DNA of 64,000 nucleotides from Escherichia coli (GTDB lineage Bacteria; Pseudomonadota; Gammaproteobacteria; Enterobacterales; Enterobacteriaceae): NCBI RefSeq assembly GCF_024223415.1, contig NZ_CP100500.1; one strand, 5' to 3'. Shown piece by piece: positions 32,499 to 43,187 of this stretch (position 1 is its first letter; each line of letters starts with the position of its first letter). The notes under the pieces were generated by a model. It saw only the letters and a program-made list of their open reading frames with translations, ran no database searches and was not told where the DNA came from. The position numbers and the translations under genes were made by a program.

Positions 32499-33529
32499 TA
32501 TTGCGGCTCAAGATTAGCGACTGCCGAAGCGCCGATGCGGAACATTTCCGGGTCAGGTTTATCGACCATGATTTTGACCGGAAAACGCTGGGCAACGCGG
32601 ACCCAGTTAATAGACCGTGACACTTTCGGCAGGCCGCCCAGCACCAGGCCGCCGTCATCCGGTAGCACGCCGTAGCCAATCGAATCCACTTTACCCTCGA
32701 AGGTTTTGCCGCTGTCACTCATCAGGCGAATCGTTGCGGGTGTACCTGAGCGAATATTTTTCAGATCGGTTTCGCGGAAGTTGGCGATCACATACCAGTG
32801 ACGAGTGTCGATTAGGGTAAAAATAGGGCGCATGGCAGAAGCAAATTGCCCGACGGAGGTTTTGAGGGAAATGACCCGGCCATCAAACGGTGCGCGAACG
32901 GTCGCCATTTCCAGATGCAGTTTGGTCAGGGCAATATCCGCTTCGACCGCCGCACGTTGCGCCACCAGCGCATCGACGCCGCTGACGGCGCTGGCGGCTG
33001 ACTGCGCCTGTAACAATACGGCATTAAGATCCGCTTCTGCGGCGCGCTGCGCGGTCCTCGCACGGTCAACGTCTTCCGCTGAGACAAAACCCTCTTTCAG
33101 TAATGGCTCGGTGCGGCGTAATGTATCTGTGGCCTGTTTAGCGGCGGCACGGGCTTTTTCTACCGTGGCGTTAACCGAGTCGGCACCAAACTGTTGCGCG
33201 TCAACGCTACGCTGGGTGAGCATAATTTGCTTATCCAGTGCCGCGAGGGAGGCTTCAGCTTTCGCCAGATTGGCTTCGTACGGGCGCGGGTCAATGCGGA
33301 ACAGCAAATCGCCCTGTTTCACCGCCTGGTTGTCGGTGACCGCCAGTTCTACAATGCGGCCGCTGACTTCCGGCACCACATCAATGGTATCTGCTGACGC
33401 GTAAGCGTCATTAGTTGATGGCGCACTGTCTACGCGCCAGATAACGAAAACAAGGGCAACCAGCGCCAACGCAACCACTAACAGAGCAGGGAATTTACTG
33501 CGAGGAGCTTTTTTCGGCGTACTTTCCAT
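32498..33529 (-). CDS. mdtN: Membrane fusion protein MdtN (HlyD family)
   Basis: 343-aa ORF with N-terminal TM, coiled coil, beta-barrel region. Confidence 0.9.
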   Translation of the reverse strand: MESTPKKAPRSKFPALLVVALALVALVFVIWRVDSAPSTNDAYASADTIDVVPEVSGRIVELAVTDNQAVKQGDLLFRIDPRPYEANLAKAEASLAALDKQIMLTQRSVDAQQFGADSVNATVEKARAAAKQATDTLRRTEPLLKEGFVSAEDVDRARTAQRAAEADLNAVLLQAQSAASAVSGVDALVAQRAAVEADIALTKLHLEMATVRAPFDGRVISLKTSVGQFASAMRPIFTLIDTRHWYVIANFRETDLKNIRSGTPATIRLMSDSGKTFEGKVDSIGYGVLPDDGGLVLGGLPKVSRSINWVRVAQRFPVKIMVDKPDPEMFRIGASAVANLEPQ

Positions 33530-33547
33530 GAGCGCGTCTCAAATAGA

Positions 33548-33823
33548 TTAGAAAAATGCCAGCCAGAACAGCATGGCGTAGAGAGCAAAAAGGGCGGTAT
33601 AAATAATTCCGACAAATGCCAGATTGATATTTGCCCGCTGAATAATTCGCCTCGTGATGAGCGTCAAAATAAGGCTGGCAATGGCGCAGAAAAACCAGCT
33701 GGGATAATAAGCGCCGATCACCGGGATTGCCGGAGATAATGAGCATCCCGAAACCATGAAGACGGGAATTATCCAGGCTGTTTTTTTGAGTTGCATCGCC
33801 ATGCGAGAGAGAACTGTTGGCAT
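33548..33823 (-). CDS. ytcA: Small lipoprotein YtcA
   Basis: ORF 33548..33871; likely start at internal MPTVLSRMAMQLKK (91 aa) with lipobox VSGC. Confidence 0.7.
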   Translation of the reverse strand: MPTVLSRMAMQLKKTAWIIPVFMVSGCSLSPAIPVIGAYYPSWFFCAIASLILTLITRRIIQRANINLAFVGIIYTALFALYAMLFWLAFF

Positions 33824-33984
33824 ATTAAATACATCCTGTCTGCTGCGAACAATATCTGTAGTGAATATCAATATCCATTGAAGGCGTCAGTATGGCTATT
33901 TTCTCGATGAATAAAAATAGCTTTATTCAGCCACCGCATTCATAACTTATATATTTTATTTATTAATTGGCTGTATATATTTTT

Positions 33985-34022
33985 AAAATAAATGCTTTTG
34001 GGGGCTTCAGGGCCCCCAAAAG
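33985..34022 (-). terminator. Terminator hairpin after yjcS
   Basis: ttttgggggc-ttcag-ggcccccaaaa perfect inverted repeat about 10 bp after the yjcS stop, with flanking A/T runs. Confidence 0.5.
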
Positions 34023-34031
34023 CGAGTGACA

Positions 34032-36017
34032 TTAATTTGGGGTTACGATATTCACCCACAAATCGAAATTATCCAGACAGGCGATAATTTCTTCCAGTTT
34101 CGCGCCATTGCCAATAATTTTGGCTTTCTTCGCTTTTACCAGATCTGCCATTTTGGCTTGTCCGGTCAGCACGGCGTGCAGATCTTCACGGCTGATGTAG
34201 AAAGAGGCGTCGGCTTGCGGTTGCAGTGTTTTACGGTAGTTAAGCACGCTATCGTTCAGCGTCAGGTTGAGGTTATCGCCGTTGCTCATATTGAAGTTCA
34301 GGCTGATATTTTTACCCGCGGCTTTTTCGCTATCGAGGCGAACGGCCATAAAGTCGAACAGCATTTCGACCGACATTCCGCGAATGGTGTCCGGGGAACC
34401 GGTGGTGCCGTGGCTGAACTTATGCACCCCTTCGCGCAGCTCTTTCGCGCCGGTCAGGTAGAAACCGCGCCATGTGGCGGACTCGGCCTGATAGCCCAGC
34501 TGTTCAAAGTTATTCGCTTGCAGATTCTTCGCGACCTGGTCACCCGGGTTGGCGGCAATCACCTGTTTCAGTAGTTCTGCCGACCAGCGGTAATCACCTT
34601 GCTTGTTCGCTTCTTGCGCCAGGTTGATGACACGGGCAGAACCGCCCAGCGCCTGCACGTAACGTTTACCCATCTCCACCTGACCATACGGATGTAGGTT
34701 AGCCGGGTTACCGTCGTAATAGCCAAGATAGAAGTTATACACCGCGCGGGCGTTGTGGCTGACAGAACCGTAATAGCCGCGGCTGGCCCAGTTATTGGCA
34801 AGCGCAGGCGGCAGCTTAATCATGTCGCCGATTTCATTCATGGTGTAGCCCTGGTTCGCCAGGTGCAGGGTCTGGTCGTGAATGTACTTGATAGTATCGC
34901 GATATTTACCAATATAATCATTGATATGCTTATTGCCCCAGACCGGCCAGGTGTGCGGCATAAACAGTACTTCCGCGTCGTTACCCCACATATCCAGCGT
35001 TTCGTTCAGATACTCGGTCCACTTGCTGGTGTCACGGGTTTTCGCGCCGCGCAGAGTGTAGAAGTTGTGCAGGGTATGCGTGGCGTTTTCGGCGGTACAC
35101 AGGGCTTTCAGGGCCGGAATATAGAAGTGCATTTCGGCTGGTGCTTCGCTACCTGGGGTCATCAGGAAGTCAAACTCCAGGCCGTCGATAATCATCTTCT
35201 CGCCAGTTCTGACGATAGTTTTAGTCGGTGCAATAATGCTCGGGTCGCCCGTTGCCAGCGTCACGCCAAGGCCATTACCCACGTTGCCTTGCGCGTTGTG
35301 TGGCAGTAACAGACCGTAAGAGTAGAGCGCACGGCGGCTCATGATGTTACCCGCCAGCACGTTTTCGCTGATGGCTTCGTCCATAAAGCCAGCAGGGGCA
35401 ATCACCTGAACTTTGCCGGATTTAACATCGGCTTCAGAGATAATACCTTTCACGCCACCATAGTGGTCGGTGTGGCTGTGAGTGTAGATAACGGCAACAA
35501 TCGGTTTTTGCGGACGATGCTGGAAGTAAAGGTCAAGTGCGGCTTTTGCGGCAGGTGGCGTCACCAGCGGGTCGATAACAATAATGCCTTTCTCGCCCTC
35601 AACGAACGTAATGTTAGAGATATCCTGGCCGCGCACCTGATACATTTTATCGGTGACTTTGAACAGGCCAGAAATGCCGTTGATCTGCGACTGACGCCAC
35701 AGGCTGGGGTTTACGGTTTCCGGCGCTGCGGCATTAATATCAAATTTGTAATCGTCCGCGCGGTAGTAAACTTTACCGTTCGCATCACGCAGAATACCTT
35801 CATCCAGCAGCGGGGCGATAAATCCACGCTGGGCATCGTCAAAATCCTGACGATCGCTAAACGGTAATGATTTGGCGTAATTCTGATTAACCTGTTGGGT
35901 ATATTGAGTGGCGGCTTTCGCTTCCTCTTTCGCGTTAGCGGTATTTACCATCATGCCGCTGGCGGCAGTTAACGCAATAACAATCCTGCTCAAACGGAAT
36001 AACCGAGAGTTATTCAT
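34032..36017 (-). CDS. yjcS: Alkyl/aryl sulfatase-like metallo-beta-lactamase fold protein YjcS
   Basis: ORF 34032..36029; signal peptide; [10 protein letters not shown] metal-binding motif; start taken at MNNSRLFRL. Confidence 0.85.
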   Translation of the reverse strand: MNNSRLFRLSRIVIALTAASGMMVNTANAKEEAKAATQYTQQVNQNYAKSLPFSDRQDFDDAQRGFIAPLLDEGILRDANGKVYYRADDYKFDINAAAPETVNPSLWRQSQINGISGLFKVTDKMYQVRGQDISNITFVEGEKGIIVIDPLVTPPAAKAALDLYFQHRPQKPIVAVIYTHSHTDHYGGVKGIISEADVKSGKVQVIAPAGFMDEAISENVLAGNIMSRRALYSYGLLLPHNAQGNVGNGLGVTLATGDPSIIAPTKTIVRTGEKMIIDGLEFDFLMTPGSEAPAEMHFYIPALKALCTAENATHTLHNFYTLRGAKTRDTSKWTEYLNETLDMWGNDAEVLFMPHTWPVWGNKHINDYIGKYRDTIKYIHDQTLHLANQGYTMNEIGDMIKLPPALANNWASRGYYGSVSHNARAVYNFYLGYYDGNPANLHPYGQVEMGKRYVQALGGSARVINLAQEANKQGDYRWSAELLKQVIAANPGDQVAKNLQANNFEQLGYQAESATWRGFYLTGAKELREGVHKFSHGTTGSPDTIRGMSVEMLFDFMAVRLDSEKAAGKNISLNFNMSNGDNLNLTLNDSVLNYRKTLQPQADASFYISREDLHAVLTGQAKMADLVKAKKAKIIGNGAKLEEIIACLDNFDLWVNIVTPN

Positions 36018-36307
36018 ATAAATCTCCATTTATCATTTATGTCGTAAATATGTAATCCATGCAAAATACGTCATTTAAAGCTGGCGTTATCATAATTGGG
36101 AAATTGCGACTTTAATAAGTGGAAGTGTGAGCGGAACGAACCATTTTATTAGGCATTTGTGCTGAAGATGGAAAAGTACGGCATATTTATTACTATCATC
36201 AATAATGTGACCTGACTTATATTTTTATTATTTATATTACTTTCAGCTTTCACTTCGACAAGAAGTACGCACAATGATTAATCAGATGAATGATGCGGAG
36301 TGTAACC

Positions 36308-37015
36308 ATGAAACCCGTCGTGCTGGTGGTGGATGATGACACGGCTATCTGCGCACTGTTGCAGGACGTGTTAAGTGAACATGTCTTTACGGTTTCAGTC
36401 TGCCATACCGGACAGGAGGCCATATTGCGTATTGAGGGCGATCCTGACATTGCGCTGGTGGTGCTGGATATGATGCTACCCGATACCAACGGCCTGAGGG
36501 TATTGCAGCAAATCCAGAAACTGCGTCCGACATTGCCGGTGGTGATGTTGACCGGCATGGGCAGTGAGTCTGATGTGGTGGTCGGGCTGGAAATGGGCGC
36601 GGATGATTACATCTGCAAACCGTTCACCCCGCGGGTGGTGGTCGCACGACTGAAAGCGGTGTTGCGACGGGTTGGTGCGCTGGCGGTTAATGACGAGAAA
36701 AGCGCCGGGCTGTCATTCAATGGCTGGTATCTCGATACCATGCGCTGCCAGTTGCACAATCCGCTTCAGCAACATGTCGAGTTAACTCAGGGCGAATATG
36801 GCTTGTTACTGGCTCTGGCGCAAAACGCGCGTCGGGTATTGAGCCGCGAGCAGTTGCTGGCGTTCACCCACAGCGACAGCGTGGAGGTGTTTGATCGCAC
36901 CATCGACGTATTAATCATGCGCTTACGACGCAAAATCGAACTCAACCCGCATCAGCCGATGTTGATTAAAACTCTGCGCGGTCTGGGGTATGTCTTCGCT
37001 GCCGACGTGCATTAA
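36308..37015 (+). CDS. OmpR-family (TorR-like) response regulator of the accessory cluster
   Basis: ORF 36290..37015; start at MKPVVLVVDDD (GGAG 8 nt upstream); receiver domain plus winged-helix C-terminus with VGLEMGADDY and FAADV motifs resembling TorR. Confidence 0.85.
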   Translation: MKPVVLVVDDDTAICALLQDVLSEHVFTVSVCHTGQEAILRIEGDPDIALVVLDMMLPDTNGLRVLQQIQKLRPTLPVVMLTGMGSESDVVVGLEMGADDYICKPFTPRVVVARLKAVLRRVGALAVNDEKSAGLSFNGWYLDTMRCQLHNPLQQHVELTQGEYGLLLALAQNARRVLSREQLLAFTHSDSVEVFDRTIDVLIMRLRRKIELNPHQPMLIKTLRGLGYVFAADVH

Positions 37016-38013
37016 TCCGACATTTCTGTTTGCAGCTCTTCCAGCGTTTTCGCCCCGTCGATGGCATTGGCGCATAACAGGCTTGCCCGCGCGCAGGCGT
37101 GTGCCAGTTTGATGCTCTCGGTAAGCGTCCAGCGTTCATGGCAGCCATATAAAAATCCGGCACAAAATGCATCGCCCGCGCCGACGCTGCCGATAATTTC
37201 CCGTTGTTCTAACTTTTGCGAAGGGATCCACACGCCGCCCTGTTCTGGGGTCTCTCCCCACGCCCCTTCCGGGCAGTGGATCACCACCCGCTGGCGCACG
37301 CCCGCATCTAACAGTTCACGCGCGGCGGCAGCAATATGCGCGATATGCGGTTCGCCGTTGGGTAACCGAATTTCCAGCCCGCTAAACTCCCCGGCCTCCA
37401 GTTCGTTAATTACCAGATAATCCAGATGGCGCAACGCGGGCAGCACCAGTGGCTGATAACGCGGATCGCCCTTACGGGAGACCAGGTCGAGTGAGGTTTC
37501 AAAGCCAGTATCACGCATTTGCGCCAGCAGGCGTGCGCTACGGGTGCCGTAAACATCGTCCGGCATATCCAGGCTGTCGAGCAACAGTAAATAGCCGAGA
37601 TGGAAAATCTTCATGGTGTTATCGAGCTGATCGAACGCCGGAAGATCCAAAAGTCTGTTTGCACCCGGCGAATGGAAAAACGTCCGCTGCCCGCTTGGGT
37701 CTGTCATCACCTGCGACATCGACGTCGGGGCAAAGGTAGTGCGCTGCACATGCTGACGATTGACGTGATATTGCTCAAGCATCGCCATGATGTAATCGCC
37801 GTCGCTGTCCTGACCGATTAGCCCAACCGCCTGTAACGGCAGCCCGGTGCGCATTTTCGCCAGCGTCAGCAGGACGTTAAGCGGCGCACCGCCGGTGGAG
37901 CGTTCGCTGTGGGTGATCTCCGCCAGCCAGCCGCGCTCTGGCCACTGGATAATCTGATGGACGTGGTCAACCAACATATTGCCTGCGGCGATAATCCCTT
38001 TACGCTCCATCAT
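37012..38013 (-). CDS. PfkB/ribokinase-family sugar kinase
   Basis: 333-aa ORF with conserved GAGDAF anion-hole motif near the C-terminus; start overlaps the aldolase stop (ATGA). Confidence 0.8.
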   Translation of the reverse strand: MMERKGIIAAGNMLVDHVHQIIQWPERGWLAEITHSERSTGGAPLNVLLTLAKMRTGLPLQAVGLIGQDSDGDYIMAMLEQYHVNRQHVQRTTFAPTSMSQVMTDPSGQRTFFHSPGANRLLDLPAFDQLDNTMKIFHLGYLLLLDSLDMPDDVYGTRSARLLAQMRDTGFETSLDLVSRKGDPRYQPLVLPALRHLDYLVINELEAGEFSGLEIRLPNGEPHIAHIAAAARELLDAGVRQRVVIHCPEGAWGETPEQGGVWIPSQKLEQREIIGSVGAGDAFCAGFLYGCHERWTLTESIKLAHACARASLLCANAIDGAKTLEELQTEMSD

Positions 38014-38870
38014 GCCTGCCCCGCACTGCCAAAAATACGCATCTGTTGTGCAACCGTATCGCTGATGGCGGCTTCCACTGCCAGCAGTAACTCGGCAAAC
38101 TCGTCATACATCGGCTGACGGTGCGCCATTCGGGCCTCAACGGCAGCCAGCGCCGCTTGCGACATGCCAGTGTAGAAATTGATTTTGTGGATACCCAGTT
38201 CGATGGCGCGGCGGAAATCGGCATCGCTAATCCCTGAGCCGCCGTGTAATACCAGCGGGATAGCAGCCTGCTGGCGGATAGCGTCGAGGCGCGGGAAATC
38301 GAGTTTCGGTTCGCCGCGATATTTGCCGTGTGCATTGCCAATCGCCACGGCCAACGCGTCAATGCCGGTACGGTCGACAAAATCACGCGCCAGTTGCGGA
38401 TCGGTAAACAGGGATTCATCGGCATGACCATAGAGTGCACCGCCTTCGTCGCCACCCACCGCGCCCAGTTCAGCTTCTACCGATACGCCAACGGCATGGC
38501 ACATTTTCACCACTTCCCGCGTCTGGCGGACATTTTCTTCATACCCCAGCGTGGAGCCATCAAACATTACCGAGCTGAATCCCAGCCGCAACGCTTGCAC
38601 CACCGATTCAAAATGCAGTCCGTGATCGAGATTTAACACCACCGGAATGGCATGACGCGCCGCTTCAAATTTCACTGTCTCGACCAGGGAATCCAGCGAG
38701 ATATATTTAAAATGTACTTCGGCAATGTTGATAATAAAGGGCGAACGTTCTTGTCTGGCAGCAGCAAACAAGGCGCGTAAAAAGTGCGAGTCCAGCACAT
38801 TAAACGCACCTAACGAATAGTGATGTTCGCGGGCATGTGCCAGCCCTTCAGCGAGATAAATCAATGGCAT
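38010..38870 (-). CDS. Class II ketose-bisphosphate aldolase family protein (GatY/KbaY/FbaA-like)
   Basis: 286-aa ORF, family-level recognition of class II aldolase TIM-barrel motifs (LDHG, HGGSG). Confidence 0.8.
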   Translation of the reverse strand: MPLIYLAEGLAHAREHHYSLGAFNVLDSHFLRALFAAARQERSPFIINIAEVHFKYISLDSLVETVKFEAARHAIPVVLNLDHGLHFESVVQALRLGFSSVMFDGSTLGYEENVRQTREVVKMCHAVGVSVEAELGAVGGDEGGALYGHADESLFTDPQLARDFVDRTGIDALAVAIGNAHGKYRGEPKLDFPRLDAIRQQAAIPLVLHGGSGISDADFRRAIELGIHKINFYTGMSQAALAAVEARMAHRQPMYDEFAELLLAVEAAISDTVAQQMRIFGSAGQA

Positions 38871-38884
38871 AACGTTATCCTTAT

Positions 38885-39568
38885 TCAGCGGAACTGGCGG
38901 TATTCGTTACACAATACCAACTGTGCAGGTTCGTCTTCGTCAATCAGGTTGTAGCGGTCCAGTGGCTGTAAAAAGTGGTTATCGTGGTCGTCGTCATTGA
39001 CAGAAGAGACTTCGCCAACCAGAACATCGCCAAAGCCGGTTTCCGCCCAAAAGCTGTGATACAGGCCGGGCGGCAGGCAGATACTTTCGCCGGGAGACAG
39101 GCGCAACTGAGTGCCTGCAGTATGTTTCTGGCGGCAGCCGTCTATCACCACCGTAACGTCACTATCAGCCGTTTGCTCGTTACTATCGGCATTCCACAGT
39201 TCAACAATTAAATTACCGCCGCCGCGATTGATAATGTCCTCACGCTTACGCCAGTGAAAATGCATTGGCGTGACCTGCGCATCGCGCACATGCATGATCT
39301 TCTCGGCGTAACATTTCACATACGGCATTCCTTTTGCTGAGCCGTTACGTAGGGTAAACAGCGTCAGCCCGTGTGCTGCAAAGTTGTTGCGACCAAAAGC
39401 GGTAACATCCCAGCCGAGTTTAAGATCAAAAACCTCCTCCCACGCGGCGGTGTCGAGCTGCTGCCATTGAGCAGGCGAGAAACTGGCAAAGGGCGGCAGA
39501 TGTACGTCATGTTGCGAAAAGAATTGCCGTGTATGGCCGAGAATGTCGTTTATAGCGGAGCGTTTCAT
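38885..39568 (-). CDS. Cupin-type sugar isomerase (D-lyxose/D-mannose isomerase family)
   Basis: 227-aa ORF with His/Glu metal motif (HFHWRKRED); resembles YdaE-type lyxose isomerases. Confidence 0.75.
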   Translation of the reverse strand: MKRSAINDILGHTRQFFSQHDVHLPPFASFSPAQWQQLDTAAWEEVFDLKLGWDVTAFGRNNFAAHGLTLFTLRNGSAKGMPYVKCYAEKIMHVRDAQVTPMHFHWRKREDIINRGGGNLIVELWNADSNEQTADSDVTVVIDGCRQKHTAGTQLRLSPGESICLPPGLYHSFWAETGFGDVLVGEVSSVNDDDHDNHFLQPLDRYNLIDEDEPAQLVLCNEYRQFR

Positions 39569-39622
39569 CGAAAGCGTTCTCCTTAGCGGTGACCGGGCAG
39601 CTGCGCCGCCCGGCGTGTGGAC

Positions 39623-40564
39623 TTATTTCACCGTCCAGCCTTTGTAATTGCCGACGTTGTTTTTATCGATCATCGTCACCGGGATCAGCACCGGCTCTTT
39701 CGGCGCAGGTTTGCCCTGCAAAATGTCGTAGCCAATTTCCACCGCTTTCGCTGCCATCACCTGGGGATCTTGCGCCGGAGTAGCGACAAACAACGAGTTC
39801 TCACGCTTGAGCGCCTCTTCGGCGTCCGGGCTTCCGTCCACACCGACAATAAAGAACTCGTTACGTTGCGCCTGTTTTGCTGCCAGATCGGCACCGATTG
39901 CGGTGGGATCGTTAATCGCAAATACGCCGTCGATCTTCGGATTTGCCGCCAGCAGTCCCGTCATTACCTCCAGCCCGCCTTCACGACTGCCTTTCGCGTT
40001 CTGGTTGTCAGAGAGCACTTTGATGTCAGGATGGCGTTTAAATTCAGTCTGGCATCCTTCGACGCGGTTTTGCACGGCGGATACCGGCGGGCCGTTGATG
40101 ATCACCACATTGCCTTTGCCTTTCAGGCGATCGGTGATGTATTTACAGGCCATTTCGCCCGCCTGGGTATTATCGGAGGTGATGGTGGCATCAGCACCTT
40201 CTGCCGCTACGTCAACCGCGACGACTACGATCCCGGCATCTTTCGCCCGTTTCACCGCCGGGCCGATCCCTTTTGAATCGGCAGCGTTGAGGATAATCAT
40301 ATCGACGTTAGCGGCGATAAAGTTGTCTATCTGCGACACCTGCTGACCCAGATCGTAGCCGCTGGAAACCAGCGTCACTTTGACGTTATCGCCTGCCAGT
40401 TTGCGTGCTTCCAGCTCCGCGCCTTTGGTGATCTGCACGAAGAACGGGTTCGCCAGATCGCCCACCGTTACGCCTATTGATTTCAGTTCTTTCGCTTGGG
40501 CGAACGGTGCTGCGGCCAGCAGTGCGCCTGCACAGAGCGCGGTCACTAAGGGCTTCAATCTCAT
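39623..40564 (-). CDS. Periplasmic monosaccharide-binding protein (RbsB family) of ABC transporter
   Basis: 313-aa ORF with signal peptide (AAAPFAQA) and periplasmic-binding-protein type I fold signature. Confidence 0.85.
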   Translation of the reverse strand: MRLKPLVTALCAGALLAAAPFAQAKELKSIGVTVGDLANPFFVQITKGAELEARKLAGDNVKVTLVSSGYDLGQQVSQIDNFIAANVDMIILNAADSKGIGPAVKRAKDAGIVVVAVDVAAEGADATITSDNTQAGEMACKYITDRLKGKGNVVIINGPPVSAVQNRVEGCQTEFKRHPDIKVLSDNQNAKGSREGGLEVMTGLLAANPKIDGVFAINDPTAIGADLAAKQAQRNEFFIVGVDGSPDAEEALKRENSLFVATPAQDPQVMAAKAVEIGYDILQGKPAPKEPVLIPVTMIDKNNVGNYKGWTVK

Positions 40565-40582
40565 GCTGTATTCCTCATGTGT

Positions 40583-41557
40583 TTATGCACTTTGATGGTG
40601 TCGGGTACGGTATTTGTCGATCAGCACCGCAATGATGATCACCGCCCCTTTGATCACCAGTTGCCAGAAGTAAGAGACGCCCATTAAGGTCATGCCATTG
40701 TTGAGCGTGGCGATAATTAGCGCGCCGACCAGCGTGCCGGTGATGGTGCCGATGCCGCCGACAAAACTGGTGCCGCCGAGGATCACCGCTGCAATGGCAT
40801 CCAGTTCGTAACCCATGCCTAAGTTGCCGTTGGCGCTGTACAGCCGTGAGGCGCTCATAATCCCGCCAAGCCCAGAAAGCAGGCCGCTCATGCCATAAAC
40901 AAACAGCAGCACCAGCCAGACCTTAATGCCGGTAAGACGCGCCGCCTGCATATTGCCGCCGACGGCGTAGATATGAACGCCAAGCGTGGTGCGGCGCAGA
41001 ATAAACCAGCACACCACGATCACCGCCAGCGCAATCACCACCAGCCATGGGACCGGCCCGAGATAGTTGTTGCCTATCCACTCGAAATTAATGTTGGAGT
41101 TGATAACCGTGGTGCCGTCCGCCAGCAGATACGCCGCCCCGCGCAGCGCCGTATAGGTGCCAAGCGTAACGATAAACGGTGGCAATCCGGCAAAGGCCAC
41201 CAGCGCGCCGTTGAACAGCCCCAGCAGCAGGCCGAGCATCAGCGCTGCCGGGATCGACAGCATGGCGAACTCAGGGCTAAGGGAGACGACCATCGCCGCC
41301 ACCGCTGTGGTGCCGAGGATCGAACCCACGGAAAGATCGATCCCGCCGGTCAAAATGATGAAGGTCATCCCCGCCGCCAGAACAATGTTGATCGATGCCT
41401 GGCGGGTAATATTCAGCAGGTTGCTTTCGGTAAAAAAGTTTGGCGCGATAAAGCCAAATACCGCCACGATCAGAATCAAAATGGGCAAGATGCCGACCGT
41501 TTGCATCAGATCGCTCATCAGCATTTTTTTGGCAGAGGTTTTTGCAGAGGTCGTCAT
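40583..41557 (-). CDS. ABC transporter permease (RbsC family)
   Basis: 324-aa polytopic membrane ORF; 4-bp overlap with the upstream ATPase gene. Confidence 0.85.
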   Translation of the reverse strand: MTTSAKTSAKKMLMSDLMQTVGILPILILIVAVFGFIAPNFFTESNLLNITRQASINIVLAAGMTFIILTGGIDLSVGSILGTTAVAAMVVSLSPEFAMLSIPAALMLGLLLGLFNGALVAFAGLPPFIVTLGTYTALRGAAYLLADGTTVINSNINFEWIGNNYLGPVPWLVVIALAVIVVCWFILRRTTLGVHIYAVGGNMQAARLTGIKVWLVLLFVYGMSGLLSGLGGIMSASRLYSANGNLGMGYELDAIAAVILGGTSFVGGIGTITGTLVGALIIATLNNGMTLMGVSYFWQLVIKGAVIIIAVLIDKYRTRHHQSA

Positions 41558-43074
41558 GAGGTTACCGCCTGGGAATGGGCGTCGTTGACGCCAGTCGCTA
41601 AGGTCATAATGTTTTCCTGGGTGATGTTTTTGCCGTTTAACTCACCGGCAATGCTGCCTTCGCGCATCACATAGACGCGATCGCTCATTCCCACTATCTC
41701 CGGCAGTTCGCTGGAGATCATCAGGATCGCCACGCCCTTGCGCGCCATCTCGTTCATGATCCGGTAGATCTCACTTTTGGCGCCAACGTCCACGCCGCGG
41801 GTGGGTTCATCGAGCAGTAAAATGCGCGGGCCAATCGCCACCCAGCGGGAGATCAACAGTTTTTGCTGATTGCCGCCGGAAAGCCCGCCCGCGCGTACCT
41901 GGGCATGAGGCACGCGAATGTTGAGCAACTTAATGGCGTCATCGGAAATGGTTTGCGCTTTTTTGCGATTGAGCATTCCCCAGCGGGCATCGCGCTCCAG
42001 GGTTGCCATGGTGATGTTTTCGGCTGCTGCCATTTCAAGGAATAAGCCTTGTTCTTTGCGGTTTTCGGTGAGAAAACCAATGCCAAGATCGATGGCTTCG
42101 CGCGGGGAGTGGATCACCACCGGTTCACCATCGACTTCAATCATTCCGCCTGTCGCTTTCCGCACGCCGAAGATCAACTGCGCCAGTTCGGAACGTCCGG
42201 CACCTACCAGTCCGGCGAGGCCAACAATTTCGCCGGAACGCACCAGCAGGCTACTCGGCTGGACTTTGCCGCCGTCGGTCAGGTGGTGAACATTCAGGCG
42301 GGCTTTACCGAGCGGGATATCGCGCTCTTTATTGAACAGATCGCTCAGTGGCCTGCCGACCATCATCCGCACCAGCTCCCCGGCATTGAGGTTATCGCGG
42401 GTCAGGCTGCCAACGTATTGCCCGTCGCGCAGCACGCTGACGCGATCGGAAAGCTCATACACTTCCGCCATACGGTGGCTGATGTAGATAATCGCCATCC
42501 CTTCATCGCGCAGCCGCATAATCAGTTCAAACAGACGGTGAGTTTCACGGGAGGAGAGGGCAGCGGTGGGTTCGTCCATCACCAGAATGCGGCTGTTGCG
42601 ATGTAGTGCGCGGGCGATTTCGACCTGCTGTTGCTCGGCAATGGTCAGCGTCATGACCTTATCGCTGGCGTTAAACTGCGCGCCGAGGCGGTCGATCACT
42701 TTTTGCGCCTGCACTAGCATCTCTTTACGCTGCACCAGCCCGCCGTGGGAAAGCTCGCTGCCGAGAAAAATATTTTCTGCCACCGACAGATTCGGTGCCA
42801 GCTGCATCTCCTGATAAATCAGCGTAATACCGGCGCTTAAGGCATCTTTTGGCGTGCGAATGTGAAAGGGCTTGCCGTCTATGAGGATCTCGCCGCTGGT
42901 GGCGGTATACGCCCCCGCCAGCACCTTCATCAGCGTGCTTTTTCCCGCGCCGTTTTCCCCCATCAGGGCATGGATCTCGCCAGGGTAGACCGTCAAATCC
43001 ACCCCTTTGAGCGCATAAAATTTGCCGAAGGCTTTGGCAATATTGCGCATCTCCAGAACTGGCGTGCTGTTCAT
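41554..43074 (-). CDS. ABC transporter ATP-binding protein with duplicated ATPase domains (RbsA family)
   Basis: ORF 41554..43131; start set at [16 protein letters not shown] (AGGAG 6 nt upstream); two Walker A motifs ([18 protein letters not shown]) and two LSGG signatures. Confidence 0.88.
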   Translation of the reverse strand: MNSTPVLEMRNIAKAFGKFYALKGVDLTVYPGEIHALMGENGAGKSTLMKVLAGAYTATSGEILIDGKPFHIRTPKDALSAGITLIYQEMQLAPNLSVAENIFLGSELSHGGLVQRKEMLVQAQKVIDRLGAQFNASDKVMTLTIAEQQQVEIARALHRNSRILVMDEPTAALSSRETHRLFELIMRLRDEGMAIIYISHRMAEVYELSDRVSVLRDGQYVGSLTRDNLNAGELVRMMVGRPLSDLFNKERDIPLGKARLNVHHLTDGGKVQPSSLLVRSGEIVGLAGLVGAGRSELAQLIFGVRKATGGMIEVDGEPVVIHSPREAIDLGIGFLTENRKEQGLFLEMAAAENITMATLERDARWGMLNRKKAQTISDDAIKLLNIRVPHAQVRAGGLSGGNQQKLLISRWVAIGPRILLLDEPTRGVDVGAKSEIYRIMNEMARKGVAILMISSELPEIVGMSDRVYVMREGSIAGELNGKNITQENIMTLATGVNDAHSQAVTS

Positions 43075-43132
43075 GGTGGACTCCTGCGAGGTTGTCGATA
43101 TCAGCACTCCATCACAGGAAAGTAAATGCAAA

Positions 43133-43162
43133 ATGTCAGAAGCCGTTCATATTTGTCATATT
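43133..43162. promoter_or_regulatory. Three tandem ~10-bp direct repeats resembling TorR boxes in the divergent promoter
   Basis: aTGTCAGAAG / cCGTTCATAT / tTGTCATATT at 10-bp phasing; the middle copy matches the tor box CTGTTCATAT at 9 of 10 positions; 26-55 bp upstream of the sensor kinase ATG and 60-90 bp upstream of the ABC operon ATG. Confidence 0.35.
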
Positions 43163-43187
43163 GCGATTTTTCTTCACGGAGCGTGAT

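Noticed and set aside
34026..34574. 182-aa plus-strand ORF overlapping the 3' part of yjcS
   Set aside because: Antisense to yjcS; no independent support.
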